Both the position numbers and the translations under genes were made by a program. The notes beneath the pieces were generated by a model. That model searched no databases, was not told where the DNA came from, and saw only the letters and a list, made by a program, of their open reading frames with translations. DNA of 64,000 nucleotides, from the NCBI GenBank assembly GCA_964384105.1, contig CAYLJV010000001.1, positions 653,482 through 717,481 on the forward strand, written 5' to 3'. This DNA comes from Candidatus Hadarchaeota archaeon (GTDB lineage: Archaea > Hadarchaeota > Hadarchaeia > Hadarchaeales > JAGGTB01). Positions 1 to 10,669 of this stretch are shown in pieces (the first letter of the stretch is position 1; every line of letters begins with the position of its first letter).

Positions 1-1
1 G

Positions 2-358
2 GATATAAAGAAAGGAAAAGTAGATTTGAACGATTTGATTGTTCACACACGGCTTAAGAAACCTATAGATCAATACAAAGCGAGAGGTCCTCATGTCGCT
101 GCTGCTGAGAGACTTGAGTCCGAAGGTGAAGAGGTAGAAACAGGATCCACTATTACATACATAGTTGAAAAAGGGTCTGGTAGCATAAGCGATAGAGCCA
201 TACCCGTATCCCAGTTTGAAGGGCGGGAGTACGATCCCGATTACTATGTTCATAATCAGGTTTTACCGGCTGTCTTTAGAGTTATGGAAGTTCTAGGTTA
301 TACTGAGGAAGAGCTCTGTTATGAGAAAACTAAGCAAACAAAATTGGGAAGCTTTTAA
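2..358 (+). CDS. polB: Family B DNA polymerase, C-terminal fragment (5' end outside window)
   Basis: Thumb-domain motifs (Y-K-x-x-G-P-H-V, ITYIV.KG, YDPDYY..NQVLP) and C-terminal PIP box QTKLGSF; frame open to the window edge. Confidence 0.93.
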   Translation, partial: DIKKGKVDLNDLIVHTRLKKPIDQYKARGPHVAAAERLESEGEEVETGSTITYIVEKGSGSISDRAIPVSQFEGREYDPDYYVHNQVLPAVFRVMEVLGYTEEELCYEKTKQTKLGSF

Positions 359-408
359 AATAGGGATTATACTTTTATTCTAACTATAAATAGGGTTAAC
401 AGAGATCA

Positions 409-1332
409 ATGTCAGAAAAGTTAAGTGACGAAGAGATTGAAATCTATCGAAAGGTAGGTAGTCTAACAGCAGAAGTTAGGGAAGAAGCTAAGAGTATGGT
501 TGAGCCAGGACAAAAGCTTCTAATTATAGCAGAAAAAGTCGAGGAAATGATTGATGATCGAGGTGCAGTACCTGCTTTTCCATGTAACATATCTTTGAAT
601 GAGAGAGCTGCTCACTATACTCCTCCTGAGGAAGACGATAACGAGATTGGAGAAGGAGATTTTGTGAAGATCGATATAGGTGCGCATATTGATGGGTACA
701 TCGCAGATACAGCTGTTACTGTTTGTGCGAGTGAGGATGAAGACAAAGGAGAAAACGAAGGGGAGATGATTCAGGTAGTTAATCAAATTTTAGAAGATGC
801 AATTAAGCTTGTAAAACCTGGAATCGATGTTGGTGAAATAGGTGGTTTGGTAGAAAGAACCGCTGAGGAACATGGATATAAACCAATAAGTAATCTTACA
901 GGCCATAAGCTCGAGAGGTGGTCCCTTCATGGTGGAGTCTCCATTCCAAACGTGGAAAAGGAAACGGGAGATAAGCTAGGAGAGGGGGATGTAATCGCTT
1001 TAGAGCCGTTTATTACAGATGGGAAAGGAGAGGTGGAAGATTTACCCGAGGTCTATATCTTCAGGTATTTAGGCAATAAGGGAGTATCGGGTAGAATGGC
1101 TTTGAAGACTCTCAGGAAAATACAAAGTAAATATGGTGGTCTGCCGTTCGCAGAAAGGTGGTTGGCTAAGGATCTCTCCAGAATAAGATTACAAATGACT
1201 TTGAGGGAGCTATTGACTACAGAGTCCTTACACCCTTACTATGTTTTGAAAGAAGTGGAAGATGGTCAGATCGCACAAGCAGAACATACAATGATAGTGA
1301 CTGAAGACGGCTGTGAAGTAACTACTAGATAA
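409..1332 (+). CDS. map: Methionine aminopeptidase type II
   Basis: AFPCNISLN..AAHYTP, KIDIGAHIDGYIADTA, NLTGH, ALEPF, AQAEHT motifs. Confidence 0.96.
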   Translation: MSEKLSDEEIEIYRKVGSLTAEVREEAKSMVEPGQKLLIIAEKVEEMIDDRGAVPAFPCNISLNERAAHYTPPEEDDNEIGEGDFVKIDIGAHIDGYIADTAVTVCASEDEDKGENEGEMIQVVNQILEDAIKLVKPGIDVGEIGGLVERTAEEHGYKPISNLTGHKLERWSLHGGVSIPNVEKETGDKLGEGDVIALEPFITDGKGEVEDLPEVYIFRYLGNKGVSGRMALKTLRKIQSKYGGLPFAERWLAKDLSRIRLQMTLRELLTTESLHPYYVLKEVEDGQIAQAEHTMIVTEDGCEVTTR

Positions 1333-1343
1333 ATTTATGATAG

Positions 1344-2045
1344 CTATTTTTTCTCTAGCAATATCATGGCATGATCCTCTTCGTAAGGATCTAATAGTTT
1401 TGAATCAACTATTTTCATTTTTTCTTCCAGTTTTTTCATTTCGGTCTTAAATATTTCCCTAGGTTCCTTCGTAACATCGATACTTCGAGCTTTGAGAGCG
1501 ACTAGGGCACTACCATCTCCTTTTAAAAAAGCATTGGTGTTTTTCAATATTATCTCAGTTTGGTGTGGATGAGCTACGTCTTGATAAATCATATCGACTT
1601 GTTCGATCATTGCTCTATACTGATATGTTTTCTTAGCGTCAGCTAGTATGGGTGCCATGTTTGGTCGGTTCTCGCAGGTAACGAGTAAATCTCTAAGTGG
1701 ACGCGTTGATATCTCGACACAGTAAACCATTCCATTTTTTCCCACTATATCTGATATGTGGCTTGCTGTTGTACCGCTTGCTGCTCCAAGGTAAAGGACT
1801 TTTGTTCCTGATTTGATTGGAACGCTTTTTAACCCTCGTAGGATGGCAGATGCTAGTTTGCTTCGATACGGGTTCCAGATTCTATATTGTTCATTATCGA
1901 AGTCGACTAGTCTTTCATCATATACTTTATTATTTGGTGATAGATTCTTAGTTGCTAGTTTTGGTTTTCCTTCTTCTATTTTAGCCCAATAGACCTCATC
2001 AAACTTGTCGTGTTTTTTTATTTCCATATTCGAACTACCTTCCAC
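1344..2045 (-). CDS. flpA: Fibrillarin-like rRNA/tRNA 2'-O-methyltransferase (start probably 2024)
   Basis: YRIWNPYRSKL, VLYLGAASGTTASH, YQDVA, KARSID motifs; follows nop5. Confidence 0.96.
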   Translation of the reverse strand: MEGSSNMEIKKHDKFDEVYWAKIEEGKPKLATKNLSPNNKVYDERLVDFDNEQYRIWNPYRSKLASAILRGLKSVPIKSGTKVLYLGAASGTTASHISDIVGKNGMVYCVEISTRPLRDLLVTCENRPNMAPILADAKKTYQYRAMIEQVDMIYQDVAHPHQTEIILKNTNAFLKGDGSALVALKARSIDVTKEPREIFKTEMKKLEEKMKIVDSKLLDPYEEDHAMILLEKK

Positions 2046-3174
2046 TCTTAATTCTCTCTATTTTTTCTTCCAGCTCTTCCCTAATCTGGTCCCCTATATA
2101 TCGCCCGGACATGGCATCTACTCTCGCGACTATTGCAAGTTTGCCAGCCAATGCTCTGGCTATTTTTCCTCGTATGTCTTTAGGAGATCCTCGTATTTCC
2201 GGATATTGAAAAATTATACCGTGTTTTGGAGGTTTGGCTCCTTTTTCTTTTAGTGATCTAAAGAGTGCCTTTTCAGCGCCCAATACTTGAATCGTACTTG
2301 AGGGCATTTTGGCTAGTTTCTCCAGTCCGCCCGCTTGTGATATTAATCTTGCACCGATTGGGCCGCCCACAAGGGTCTTTATATTTGGAGCTACTTGCTC
2401 CATAAGGTCTTCGAGGTAATCGGATGTTTTGTCTCTAGCTTCTTGGAGTCTCTGAACTTTGTTGACGCAAGTTTTGATAGCTTCTATGTCTATTTCATCA
2501 AAGTCCGATCCAACCGAATTATTTGAGGCATTTTCTATTTCCACAGCTTTCTCTTCACTTATACCTGTAGCTGTAATTTTTTCTTTCGCGAAATTCTCTC
2601 TACCTCCAAATTTAGAGATTAAGACGAAGTATTCAGTATAGTCTGATACATGCCTTTCGAGTTCGGGAAAGTGGATACCGTACCACTCCCTGATTCTTTC
2701 ATATAATGCGTTGATGGTTTTGTCAAGTTCATCCATTGTGTTTATAGTTTCGATTACTATTTTGTCCTTTTCTGAGGCTTTTTCTCTAAGATCTTTTCGG
2801 ATAATTAGAATATTTACATCTCTGAAAATTTCATTTAGATTTTCGATACCTTGTTCTTTTGCTATCTCATGTATACTGCTTCTTAATTTCAGATTTGCAG
2901 GGCTTGGAATTTTGGAACGGAAAGTTGTATTTTCGAATTCTTCATTTAGTTTTGAGGCGAGTTCGTCGGACTCGATTTCAAATTCTGTATGCCCATTTTT
3001 AATTAGTTTCTTGATTAGTTCTAGATGCTCATGTGCTAATTTACCCTTTCTAATAAGCCTTAATTTTTCGGAAATCTCTCTTACATCGGGTTTGAACATC
3101 TCTGAGTCTAATATTTCTAGGTCTTCGCTTAATGCGAATATTCCGAGTATACATTCTCCAATTTGAATAGTCAT
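2035..3174 (-). CDS. nop5: C/D box RNP protein Nop5/Nop56
   Basis: REWYGIHFPEL, IQVLGAEKALF, PPKHGIIFQ, RGKIARALAGK; operon with fibrillarin. Confidence 0.95.
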   Translation of the reverse strand: MTIQIGECILGIFALSEDLEILDSEMFKPDVREISEKLRLIRKGKLAHEHLELIKKLIKNGHTEFEIESDELASKLNEEFENTTFRSKIPSPANLKLRSSIHEIAKEQGIENLNEIFRDVNILIIRKDLREKASEKDKIVIETINTMDELDKTINALYERIREWYGIHFPELERHVSDYTEYFVLISKFGGRENFAKEKITATGISEEKAVEIENASNNSVGSDFDEIDIEAIKTCVNKVQRLQEARDKTSDYLEDLMEQVAPNIKTLVGGPIGARLISQAGGLEKLAKMPSSTIQVLGAEKALFRSLKEKGAKPPKHGIIFQYPEIRGSPKDIRGKIARALAGKLAIVARVDAMSGRYIGDQIREELEEKIERIKSGR

Positions 3175-3400
3175 AAACTCCTCATTTCTTATTTTATTGG
3201 AAACTTTAATCTCTTGTGTTAAAAACTGTAGAAAAGACAGAGATCACACTTTTTAGACTTAGAGTGACAACAGTACTAAAATCAATCAACTGCTGAAGTG
3301 AATTTTCTGCATTAGGACTTAGTTAATAGTGTCTTTATTATTGATAGTTCCATCTGGATAACATTTGTTGGTTATGTTTTTCGATTAGTCGAATTCACGA

Positions 3401-4426
3401 CTATAATTTTTCAGATCGGAGGTCAATTGTATCGAACGTATCGGGGCCTGTTGATACTAAAGTAACTGGTATTTCCAATTTTTCTTCAACGTCTTCTATG
3501 AATTCTTTGGCTTCCTTTGTCAATTTTCCATATTCTTTAACGCTATCATTTCCGTCAAATAGTCTATCTACATTGGTTATTGCTATTTGAGTTGCTCCGT
3601 TTATCATGGCCGAACGTTTTGCTAACTCAAAATCAAACTCTCCGATTCTTCTTCTTCTACCAGTAACTGTGCCATGTTCTATAATTCCAAGTTCCTCTGC
3701 CCTTTCTTGGGATATTTCGGTTGGGAAAGGCCCTTCTCCAACTCTACTAATATAGGCTTTGAATATTACTATCACTTCATCTACGTTTGTTGGACCAACA
3801 CCTAGGTCTGCTGCTAGTGAACTTGCAGTAACATCCTTACTTGTTACATAGGGGTATGTACCGAAATAAAGTGAGAGACCGAATCCTTGAGAACCTTCTA
3901 TTATCACTTTTTCTTCATTTTTCAGAGCTTCATTTATTTCTCCTGGAACGTCTGTGAGATATTTTTTCAGTTCATCGATTTCTTCAGCTAGCTTAATTGA
4001 TCTATTTGCTCTTTCTGAGTTCGCAGGTCCGCATCCTGTTCCGGTTGTTCCAATTTTCTCTTCGAGATGTTCCGAACTCTTGTCTTGTTCAATATGTTTC
4101 TGCTCTATTATCGGGCATTTGTAGTCGATTCCTACTCTATCTTCAATGCCTGTTTCTTCTATCTCTTTTAAAGCGACTTCGGGATTTACGAGCACTCCTG
4201 GCCCTATCAGTGTCCGAGCTTTTTCTTGAACGAAACCACAGGAAATTTCTCTAAGCCCATATTCTCTTCCATTATACTTCACGGTATGCCCTGCGTTTGG
4301 GCCAACTCCTGCCCGTCCTATTTTTGTTGGTTCGTCTTTCAGGGCGAGATAAGAAGAGATTTTGCCTTTGCCTTCGTCGCCCCATTGACCTCCAGAAATT
4401 ATTGTACAAGGCATATTTATCCCCAC
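3401..4426 (-). CDS. purA: Adenylosuccinate synthetase, short archaeal type (start probably 4414)
   Basis: [48 protein letters not shown]. Confidence 0.97.
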   Translation of the reverse strand: MGINMPCTIISGGQWGDEGKGKISSYLALKDEPTKIGRAGVGPNAGHTVKYNGREYGLREISCGFVQEKARTLIGPGVLVNPEVALKEIEETGIEDRVGIDYKCPIIEQKHIEQDKSSEHLEEKIGTTGTGCGPANSERANRSIKLAEEIDELKKYLTDVPGEINEALKNEEKVIIEGSQGFGLSLYFGTYPYVTSKDVTASSLAADLGVGPTNVDEVIVIFKAYISRVGEGPFPTEISQERAEELGIIEHGTVTGRRRRIGEFDFELAKRSAMINGATQIAITNVDRLFDGNDSVKEYGKLTKEAKEFIEDVEEKLEIPVTLVSTGPDTFDTIDLRSEKL

Positions 4427-4680
4427 AATTCGTATGAGGTTAAGGTTTTAACTGTTTCCATTTTTTCTTTTTCTTGTTACAACTTTTTCCCATATTATGC
4501 TGTTGCGAATTTTAATCTTTGGAATTTTTAAAGGTGTAAAATTGGGTAATGCATTATTTCTCGTCTTTTTTTGCAAGATTTGAAGTGAAAACACCCTTAA
4601 GATGAAAAGGTTTAAAAACTTTTTTCTAATACTATATCTTGGCTAACTTAGTCCTTGAAAAATGGAAAGGAGGCGAATAA

Positions 4681-4884
4681 ATGTCTGAATTACCTATTGC
4701 GGCTGTGGATCGTATCATAAGAAAAGCAGGAGCTAAAAGAGTAAGTGAGAGTGCAGCTAGAGAACTAGCAGGAATACTTGAGGAGTACGCTATAGATATA
4801 GCAAGTGAAGCAGCAGAACTTTCAGAACATGCTGGTCGTAAGACTGTCAGAGATTCTGATATTAGATTAGCTGCTAAAAGATAA
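4681..4884 (+). CDS. Archaeal histone (HMfA/HMfB type, canonical)
   Basis: ELPIAAVDRIIRKAGA.RVS and HAGRKTV..SDIRLA; SD GGAGG; upstream AAAAGGTTTAAAAA BRE/TATA-like element; T-rich run after the stop. Confidence 0.96.
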   Translation: MSELPIAAVDRIIRKAGAKRVSESAARELAGILEEYAIDIASEAAELSEHAGRKTVRDSDIRLAAKR

Positions 4885-4896
4885 AACTAGTTCTAT

Positions 4897-4932
4897 AGTT
4901 TTTGATTTTTTTATTTTTTTTCATTTTTTTTA
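4897..4932 (+). terminator. Oligo-T archaeal terminator-like tract after the histone gene
   Basis: Several T5-T8 runs directly downstream of the stop codon. Confidence 0.55.
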
Positions 4933-4964
4933 CTACATCTAATTGACTAATTTTATTACTTTCA

Positions 4965-5309
4965 TTGACAAAGATTAAATTCGTGTTATCGATGAAAAAC
5001 AATAGGTTTTCATCTATGGAGATGCCTAGGCTTTTCGATGTTTTTGATTATCCAAAAACTAAATCAGTTAGGGCGGTGACTTCTCTTCGCCAAAAAATTG
5101 ATGTTGAAGAGGTTTGGAATAGACTAGAAAAGGCAAAAAAAATAAGAACATCCAAAAAAGAAGTAGCGAAGTTCGAGGTCGGAAAAGGTCATTATTTGCT
5201 ACTTTTTCCATCAGGATACATCCAGATTTATGCACCAAGCGAGGAACAGATACGCGAGGTTTTGAAGGTTTTTAGGGATGCTCTTTATGAAAAGGGCCTT
5301 TTTGATTGA
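4965..5309 (+). CDS. Single-repeat TBP-like domain protein (start probably 5016 or 5022)
   Basis: VRAVTSLRQKIDVEEV ... YLLLFPSGYIQIYAPSEEQIREVLKVF resembles one TBP repeat (xxLFxSGKxxITGAKSEE pattern). Confidence 0.65.
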   Translation: MTKIKFVLSMKNNRFSSMEMPRLFDVFDYPKTKSVRAVTSLRQKIDVEEVWNRLEKAKKIRTSKKEVAKFEVGKGHYLLLFPSGYIQIYAPSEEQIREVLKVFRDALYEKGLFD

Positions 5310-5410
5310 TCTTTTATCCGTTTTACTGTGGAGTATGCTTTGGAAGATTGGGGCTCCTGTAAATTTGTGACCTCTAATTTTTCATGAGTCAAAGAGAAAT
5401 TTTGTAATTG

Positions 5411-7300
5411 CTACTGGCTTCTCTTCTCTATTTCCTCCAAGAGGAGTTTATGGACAAGCTTTCCATCTGCTTTACCCCCTATCTCGGCCATCACTAACCC
5501 CATTAGAGCATCAGCGGCATTTTCTCCTCTTTCTTGGATAAGATCTTCTTTTTTCTCTATTATTTTCTTAACTATTTTCTTTACTTTTTCTTTTTCCATC
5601 TTTCGTATTCCTAATTCGTCTATAGTTTTTTTCACAGGTGACCCCTTTCCTACTTTTTCTAATACTTGTGGAAGGGCGTCCTTTGAAATCACGTCTTCCG
5701 AAACCAATTTGAAGACTTTTTCTAAATCTTCGTATGTGATGTTCTCTGTTTCTATTCCGCTTCTTTTGATTTGTGTAATAGTTTGTTCTAGGGTGGTGGC
5801 TACCAGGGTGGGATCAATATCTTTTGCGACCATCTTTTCAAAAAAAGATGCATTCTCCGAAATACTCATCTGAGTGGCGAGTTCTTCGCTTAGTCCGTAC
5901 TCCTCTTGATATTTTTTCTTTTTATCTTCAGGCTTTTCAGGTAGTTGTGATTTTATCTTTTTCAATTTTTCATCAGAGATTTGGATTGGTGGCACATCAG
6001 TTTCTACATACATCCTAGCGGCTCCGGGGAGAGGTCGCATGTATTGTGTATGTCCATTTGGTAGAGCCCTTCTTGTTTCTTCGGGAACGCCTTCAAATGC
6101 TTTTTTTGCACGATCTATTATGGCTTCCAAAGCCTTTTTCGCTTTATTCTTTTTGTCAGCAATGATTACTATTGCATCTTCTTCGGAGGCCTCTATCTCT
6201 TTCTCCAACTCATTTACTTCCTTCTCCGTGATTCCATAACCAGGTAATTCGTCTGTATGAAATATTCCTTCTACTTTTCCATAGACTTTTGCATAGTCCG
6301 ATAATTCGGTTCCAAATCTATGATCTGATATAAGTTCTTTTCCTAATAGTCCATCAAATCCATCCAGTTTTATTGCGTATACTCCTCCGTCCGAGATCGC
6401 TTTTTTGATTATTTTTGATTCAGTTTCAGAAAATATTTCGGTGACGTCATATATTTTCTCTTCAGGTAATGCATGCCCTCTTTTTTCTAGTTCTTTTTTT
6501 ATCTCGAGTAATCTGACTTGTCTTTGAACTTCTTTTTTAATCACGGTTGGAATTAACGATAGTTCCTGAACTCCTTTTATCTCTTGTCTAGCCCCAGCTT
6601 TTATGGACACGTTTACGTCTTGTCTGATGGTTCCTATACCTCTCTTAGCTTTTCCAGTTGCTCTGATAATTCTACCAATTTTTAGTGCAGCTTCTGCTGG
6701 TGTTTCTGGATCATTGAAGTCTGGACCTGTTGCAATTTCCAGTAGTGGTATTCCAAGTCTATCTAACTTGTACCTAACAAGATCCTTCTTTTCCTTGACT
6801 TTTCTAGCCGCATCTTCTTCAAGGCAGATTGTAGGTAGACTGATCTCTTTATCTCCGTGTTTTATTTTGCCATCAGTCGCTACCAGTATCGTTCTTTGAA
6901 ACCCTGCTGTGTTGCTTCCATCGATTACTGTTTTTCTCATTATATGGGCTTCATCTACTGGTTGAGAATTTAACAATAGGGAGACTTCTAAAGCAGTATT
7001 CAAAGCTTCATTATTCACAGGATGGGGTGGTTCTTCGTCTAGTTCAACCAGACAAACACTACTTGGATGAACTTCGTATTGGAATCTCTTACTTTTCGCT
7101 TCTTCTGCTAGTGCAGCTCTGTCTATTTCACCTAATTCACTTTCAGTAGGTCTAAGTTCTCTGTTAACGATCATCGAGGGGTCTTCGTCCGTTAGATCAG
7201 ACGGACAGTCACAGAAAAGCTTCTTAGTATCTAATTCCTGGTGTATTTCGAATCCGACTTTTAATCCAAGTTCTTTGTAGTTATTTTCTTCCAATTCCAC
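5411..7300 (-). CDS. gatE: Glu-tRNA(Gln) amidotransferase subunit E
   Basis: GLKVGFEIHQEL, MRKTVIDGSNTAGFQRT, GIGTIRQDVNVS, RPLPGAARMY.ETD. Confidence 0.97.
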   Translation of the reverse strand: MELEENNYKELGLKVGFEIHQELDTKKLFCDCPSDLTDEDPSMIVNRELRPTESELGEIDRAALAEEAKSKRFQYEVHPSSVCLVELDEEPPHPVNNEALNTALEVSLLLNSQPVDEAHIMRKTVIDGSNTAGFQRTILVATDGKIKHGDKEISLPTICLEEDAARKVKEKKDLVRYKLDRLGIPLLEIATGPDFNDPETPAEAALKIGRIIRATGKAKRGIGTIRQDVNVSIKAGARQEIKGVQELSLIPTVIKKEVQRQVRLLEIKKELEKRGHALPEEKIYDVTEIFSETESKIIKKAISDGGVYAIKLDGFDGLLGKELISDHRFGTELSDYAKVYGKVEGIFHTDELPGYGITEKEVNELEKEIEASEEDAIVIIADKKNKAKKALEAIIDRAKKAFEGVPEETRRALPNGHTQYMRPLPGAARMYVETDVPPIQISDEKLKKIKSQLPEKPEDKKKKYQEEYGLSEELATQMSISENASFFEKMVAKDIDPTLVATTLEQTITQIKRSGIETENITYEDLEKVFKLVSEDVISKDALPQVLEKVGKGSPVKKTIDELGIRKMEKEKVKKIVKKIIEKKEDLIQERGENAADALMGLVMAEIGGKADGKLVHKLLLEEIEKRSQ

Positions 7301-7303
7301 ACC

Positions 7304-8629
7304 CTATATTTCTTGTTTTGGATAAGTATCTGGTAGAGTTCTAGATGTTATCTCTCCTGCGATATTTTGTGTCATTAATGATTCAATCTCTTCCAAATCT
7401 TGAGTTTTATCTAGTACCCACATCAGCTTTACATAGGCAGTCTCAGGTAACATATCTTCTACAGGAAGAACCCCAAATTCTAACAAATCTCTGCCAGAGG
7501 AGTAAACTCTCATATTTGTTCGGCCCCAGATACACTGTGAAGTCATGACGACCGGTATTTTCTTTTCTATTGCTTTTTTGATTCCAGAATACAATGATTC
7601 AGGAGTATGACCCAATCCAGTTCCTTCCAGAACTATCCCCTTATAGTTCCTGTCAAGTAAATTTTCAATAATTTCACTTTGGATGTTTGGAAATACTTTG
7701 ACAAGGGCTACTTTTTCTTCAAAACCGTCTTTTATCTTGACCTTCCCTTTGTTATCCCTACCTCGTTTTTCTTGGAAGAATCTCACTTTAGTTCCTTCAA
7801 CTTCCCCCAAAGGTTGGCAATTTATACTCTGAAAAGCATCTCTTCTGCTGGTGTGACATTTTCTTACTTTAGTCCCTCTATGAATAAAACAGGTTTTATC
7901 TTCGGTTGAGCTATGCATGACAACACAAACTTCACCTATATCTGAAATCGCTGTTGAAACTGCTCCAGTGAGATTGAGAGTAGCATCGCTACTTGGTCTG
8001 TCCGAAGACCTTTGGGAGCCTACAAGAACAACAGGTTTCGTGAGATTATTTAGCATGAAACTGAGTGCTGAAGCAGTATATCCCATAGTGTCGGTACCAT
8101 GAGCTATTACTACGCCCTGTGCTCCTTTGTTTAACTCTTCTGCTACCGCATTGCCTATTTTGGACCAGATTTTTGGAGACATATTCTCACTTAAGACGTT
8201 GCATACTGTTTTGGTTGTAACGTTTGCTATTTCGGCGACTTTAGGAGCAGAATTGTAAATTTCCTCTGGAGAAAATGCGGGATGAACCGCCCCAGTTCGA
8301 TAATCAATTCGAGAGGCTACAGTTCCACCCGTTCCGATTATTGTAATTTGTGGTTTATCTTTCGATGTCTTTACTAGTGGTGTTTTTTTTTCTATTTTTG
8401 CTTCCTTGCCTTCCTTGATCTTCTCTAGCTTGATATTCTCGTCAACCTTGATCCCTATATTATAACCATTGTCCAGTTTCAACGTAATATGTTCTGATCC
8501 TTTTCCTTCAGTCCTTGGCATCAAAATACCGTTGAAAACTTGAGAATCTCGCTTTACTTTTATTCGATCTCCAGGTGTGGCCGATATCGATTCTAATAAC
8601 TCTCTGCTTTTTCTTCCATACCCATTCAT
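7304..8629 (-). CDS. gatD: Glu-tRNA(Gln) amidotransferase subunit D
   Basis: KLDNGYNIG N-terminal domain, GTGGTVASRIDYRTG, HGTDT, SQRSSDRPSSD; adjacent to gatE. Confidence 0.97.
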   Translation of the reverse strand: MNGYGRKSRELLESISATPGDRIKVKRDSQVFNGILMPRTEGKGSEHITLKLDNGYNIGIKVDENIKLEKIKEGKEAKIEKKTPLVKTSKDKPQITIIGTGGTVASRIDYRTGAVHPAFSPEEIYNSAPKVAEIANVTTKTVCNVLSENMSPKIWSKIGNAVAEELNKGAQGVVIAHGTDTMGYTASALSFMLNNLTKPVVLVGSQRSSDRPSSDATLNLTGAVSTAISDIGEVCVVMHSSTEDKTCFIHRGTKVRKCHTSRRDAFQSINCQPLGEVEGTKVRFFQEKRGRDNKGKVKIKDGFEEKVALVKVFPNIQSEIIENLLDRNYKGIVLEGTGLGHTPESLYSGIKKAIEKKIPVVMTSQCIWGRTNMRVYSSGRDLLEFGVLPVEDMLPETAYVKLMWVLDKTQDLEEIESLMTQNIAGEITSRTLPDTYPKQEI

Positions 8630-8689
8630 ACAAATTCCTAATCAAGAATAGTGATAGAAAGGTTTAACTTTTAGTGAATCTCTTTGTAA

Positions 8690-10630
8690 TTATTCTTCGA
8701 GGTCAAAAGGTGAGATGTAATCTCCGTATTCATCTCTTGCATTTTTTAGCCTTTCTCTCTGTTTTTTTATCTCTGAAAAGAGTTTTTTAGGTACGTCTTT
8801 TACATCGCTTGAGTAAATCTGCTCTACTCTTTCTAACTTTGAGAGGTGTTGTGGGACCCTTATTGTGAATTGTTTTTCATAATCTTCCTTAGAGTATTTT
8901 TTTCCTAGAACTTTATCGAATAACTTTTTTAGATCATTGTATTTTGGTATGAAGCCGGTTGGTGTTTCGATTGCATCGACTTCATTGTGAGTTCTGAGTT
9001 CCATCCATTTTAGCCAAACTTTTTTGTCGTGCATACCATTTAGATAATTTCCATTTTCATCTTTTAGGAAATAGTTGGCCGAGAAGATTGAGGGGGGGTC
9101 GTTTAATTTCTTACCGAATTCGATTTGATTTTCAATGTATTTACCGATAGAGATTGATAGGAAATCTAAGTTTGACATTGGATTGAATCTTCTAGAGCCG
9201 CTTTTTCCGAGAGTGGCTGATGTGGTTTCGGATTCTAATAAGGCTCCTTTGGTTAGAATTCCGTGATCCCAATTGTAAGCTTCTTCTACTGGTACCCAAG
9301 TGTCTGAGTCACGCCCACCGTAAATTATCCCGTCAAGTTTCACACCATCGGGGTTCTCTAGATTAGGGTCCTTTATTTCTAAATCCGAAATTCTTAGAGT
9401 ATATCTTGCATTTCGATGTGATGGATCTATCAATTCTCCGTTTGAGTCTTTCTTCCCTTTGTACCATTTGCCCGAATGGTTTATACCTTCATCAGGGATC
9501 TCCTTTCCCATTCCTATCCAGTAGGGAACACCATTTTTCACTAGAACATTAGTAAATATGACTTCACCAGGAGTAGTGACAACTCTCCAGATTACGGGGT
9601 CGTCTTCGGGATTAACATCTCTTATGATCCCGAATATTCCATTTTCGGGATTTACTGCTCTTACTTCGTTATCGATCTCTCTCAAGTATGCGATATCATC
9701 TCCAATTAGAGTTGAATCTTTTGACATAGCAGTGGAGGTTTTACCACATGCAGAAGGGTAAGCCCCACTGAAGTAAGTGATTCTATCTCCTGGTCCTTTC
9801 ACACCCATGATGAACATGTGTTCTGTGAGCCAACCTTCTTCAGAAGCTTTCTTTATAGCCAGTCGCATGGATAGCTTCTTGTTGCCAATAGTATTTCCGC
9901 CGTATTGGGTATTTGTGGAGAACACAATTTTATCATCTATATCCGTGTAGATTCTTCTTTTGTCAATGTTTTTAGAGACGTTGTTTTCTAGAACTCCGGC
10001 TGAATGTACAAATTTAAAGAAGTCTTTTTCGCTTTCAAATTCTTTCCTTTTGAATAACTTGTATCCATCCCGGTATAATATGTCTTCAGCATGAGCTACA
10101 TATGCAGAATCCGTGAATTGTAGAGAAGGGATTGAGAATTCCGATTTTTTTGGACCAAGACAGAAAAAGCAGATAAAAGCTTCTTTTCCTTCCATTATGT
10201 TTTCTAAATATTTATGGATTTCATTAAGGCCTTTGCTTCTATCTATAGAATTGAATTGCGGTCCTATGTCTTTTCCAGGAGGGAATAGGAATTTAGTATT
10301 TTCTTTATCTCTCGCTTGATCGTTGTAGCCATCATAATGAACTGTGTGACCCTCCTTCTTCAGTTTCTTTTCTTCTCCTCTTTCCAGAGACTTTTTTCTT
10401 ATATATTCTGCATCCTCATTTGAATTTGATCTAACAAATACAGAATCGGGATTACAGTGTTTTACATATTTAGCTACAAAGTCAATGACTTCTGGACTGT
10501 TGAGCTCCAACAATTTTTCGAATCCGGCATCTCCACATTTTTTCCTTAGTAGTTTCTCTTCATTTTCCACCTTGGGTAGAAGTCCTGTTCTTATTAGACT
10601 TTTTTTAGCTTCTTTTGCTGTTTTGGTCAT
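8690..10630 (-). CDS. pckG: Phosphoenolpyruvate carboxykinase (GTP/ITP)
   Basis: YGGNTIG.KK, WLTEHM, AYPSACGKT, IGDDIA, NPENGIFG, HRNARY. Confidence 0.93.
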   Translation of the reverse strand: MTKTAKEAKKSLIRTGLLPKVENEEKLLRKKCGDAGFEKLLELNSPEVIDFVAKYVKHCNPDSVFVRSNSNEDAEYIRKKSLERGEEKKLKKEGHTVHYDGYNDQARDKENTKFLFPPGKDIGPQFNSIDRSKGLNEIHKYLENIMEGKEAFICFFCLGPKKSEFSIPSLQFTDSAYVAHAEDILYRDGYKLFKRKEFESEKDFFKFVHSAGVLENNVSKNIDKRRIYTDIDDKIVFSTNTQYGGNTIGNKKLSMRLAIKKASEEGWLTEHMFIMGVKGPGDRITYFSGAYPSACGKTSTAMSKDSTLIGDDIAYLREIDNEVRAVNPENGIFGIIRDVNPEDDPVIWRVVTTPGEVIFTNVLVKNGVPYWIGMGKEIPDEGINHSGKWYKGKKDSNGELIDPSHRNARYTLRISDLEIKDPNLENPDGVKLDGIIYGGRDSDTWVPVEEAYNWDHGILTKGALLESETTSATLGKSGSRRFNPMSNLDFLSISIGKYIENQIEFGKKLNDPPSIFSANYFLKDENGNYLNGMHDKKVWLKWMELRTHNEVDAIETPTGFIPKYNDLKKLFDKVLGKKYSKEDYEKQFTIRVPQHLSKLERVEQIYSSDVKDVPKKLFSEIKKQRERLKNARDEYGDYISPFDLEE

Positions 10631-10669
10631 TTTATCTCCAACTTTTTTCTTATCTTTTACCTTTCCTAC

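Noticed and set aside
3175-3400. Possible C/D box guide RNA upstream of nop5-fibrillarin
   Set aside because: A CTGA is present but no convincing RTGATGA C box or C'/D' pair at suitable spacing
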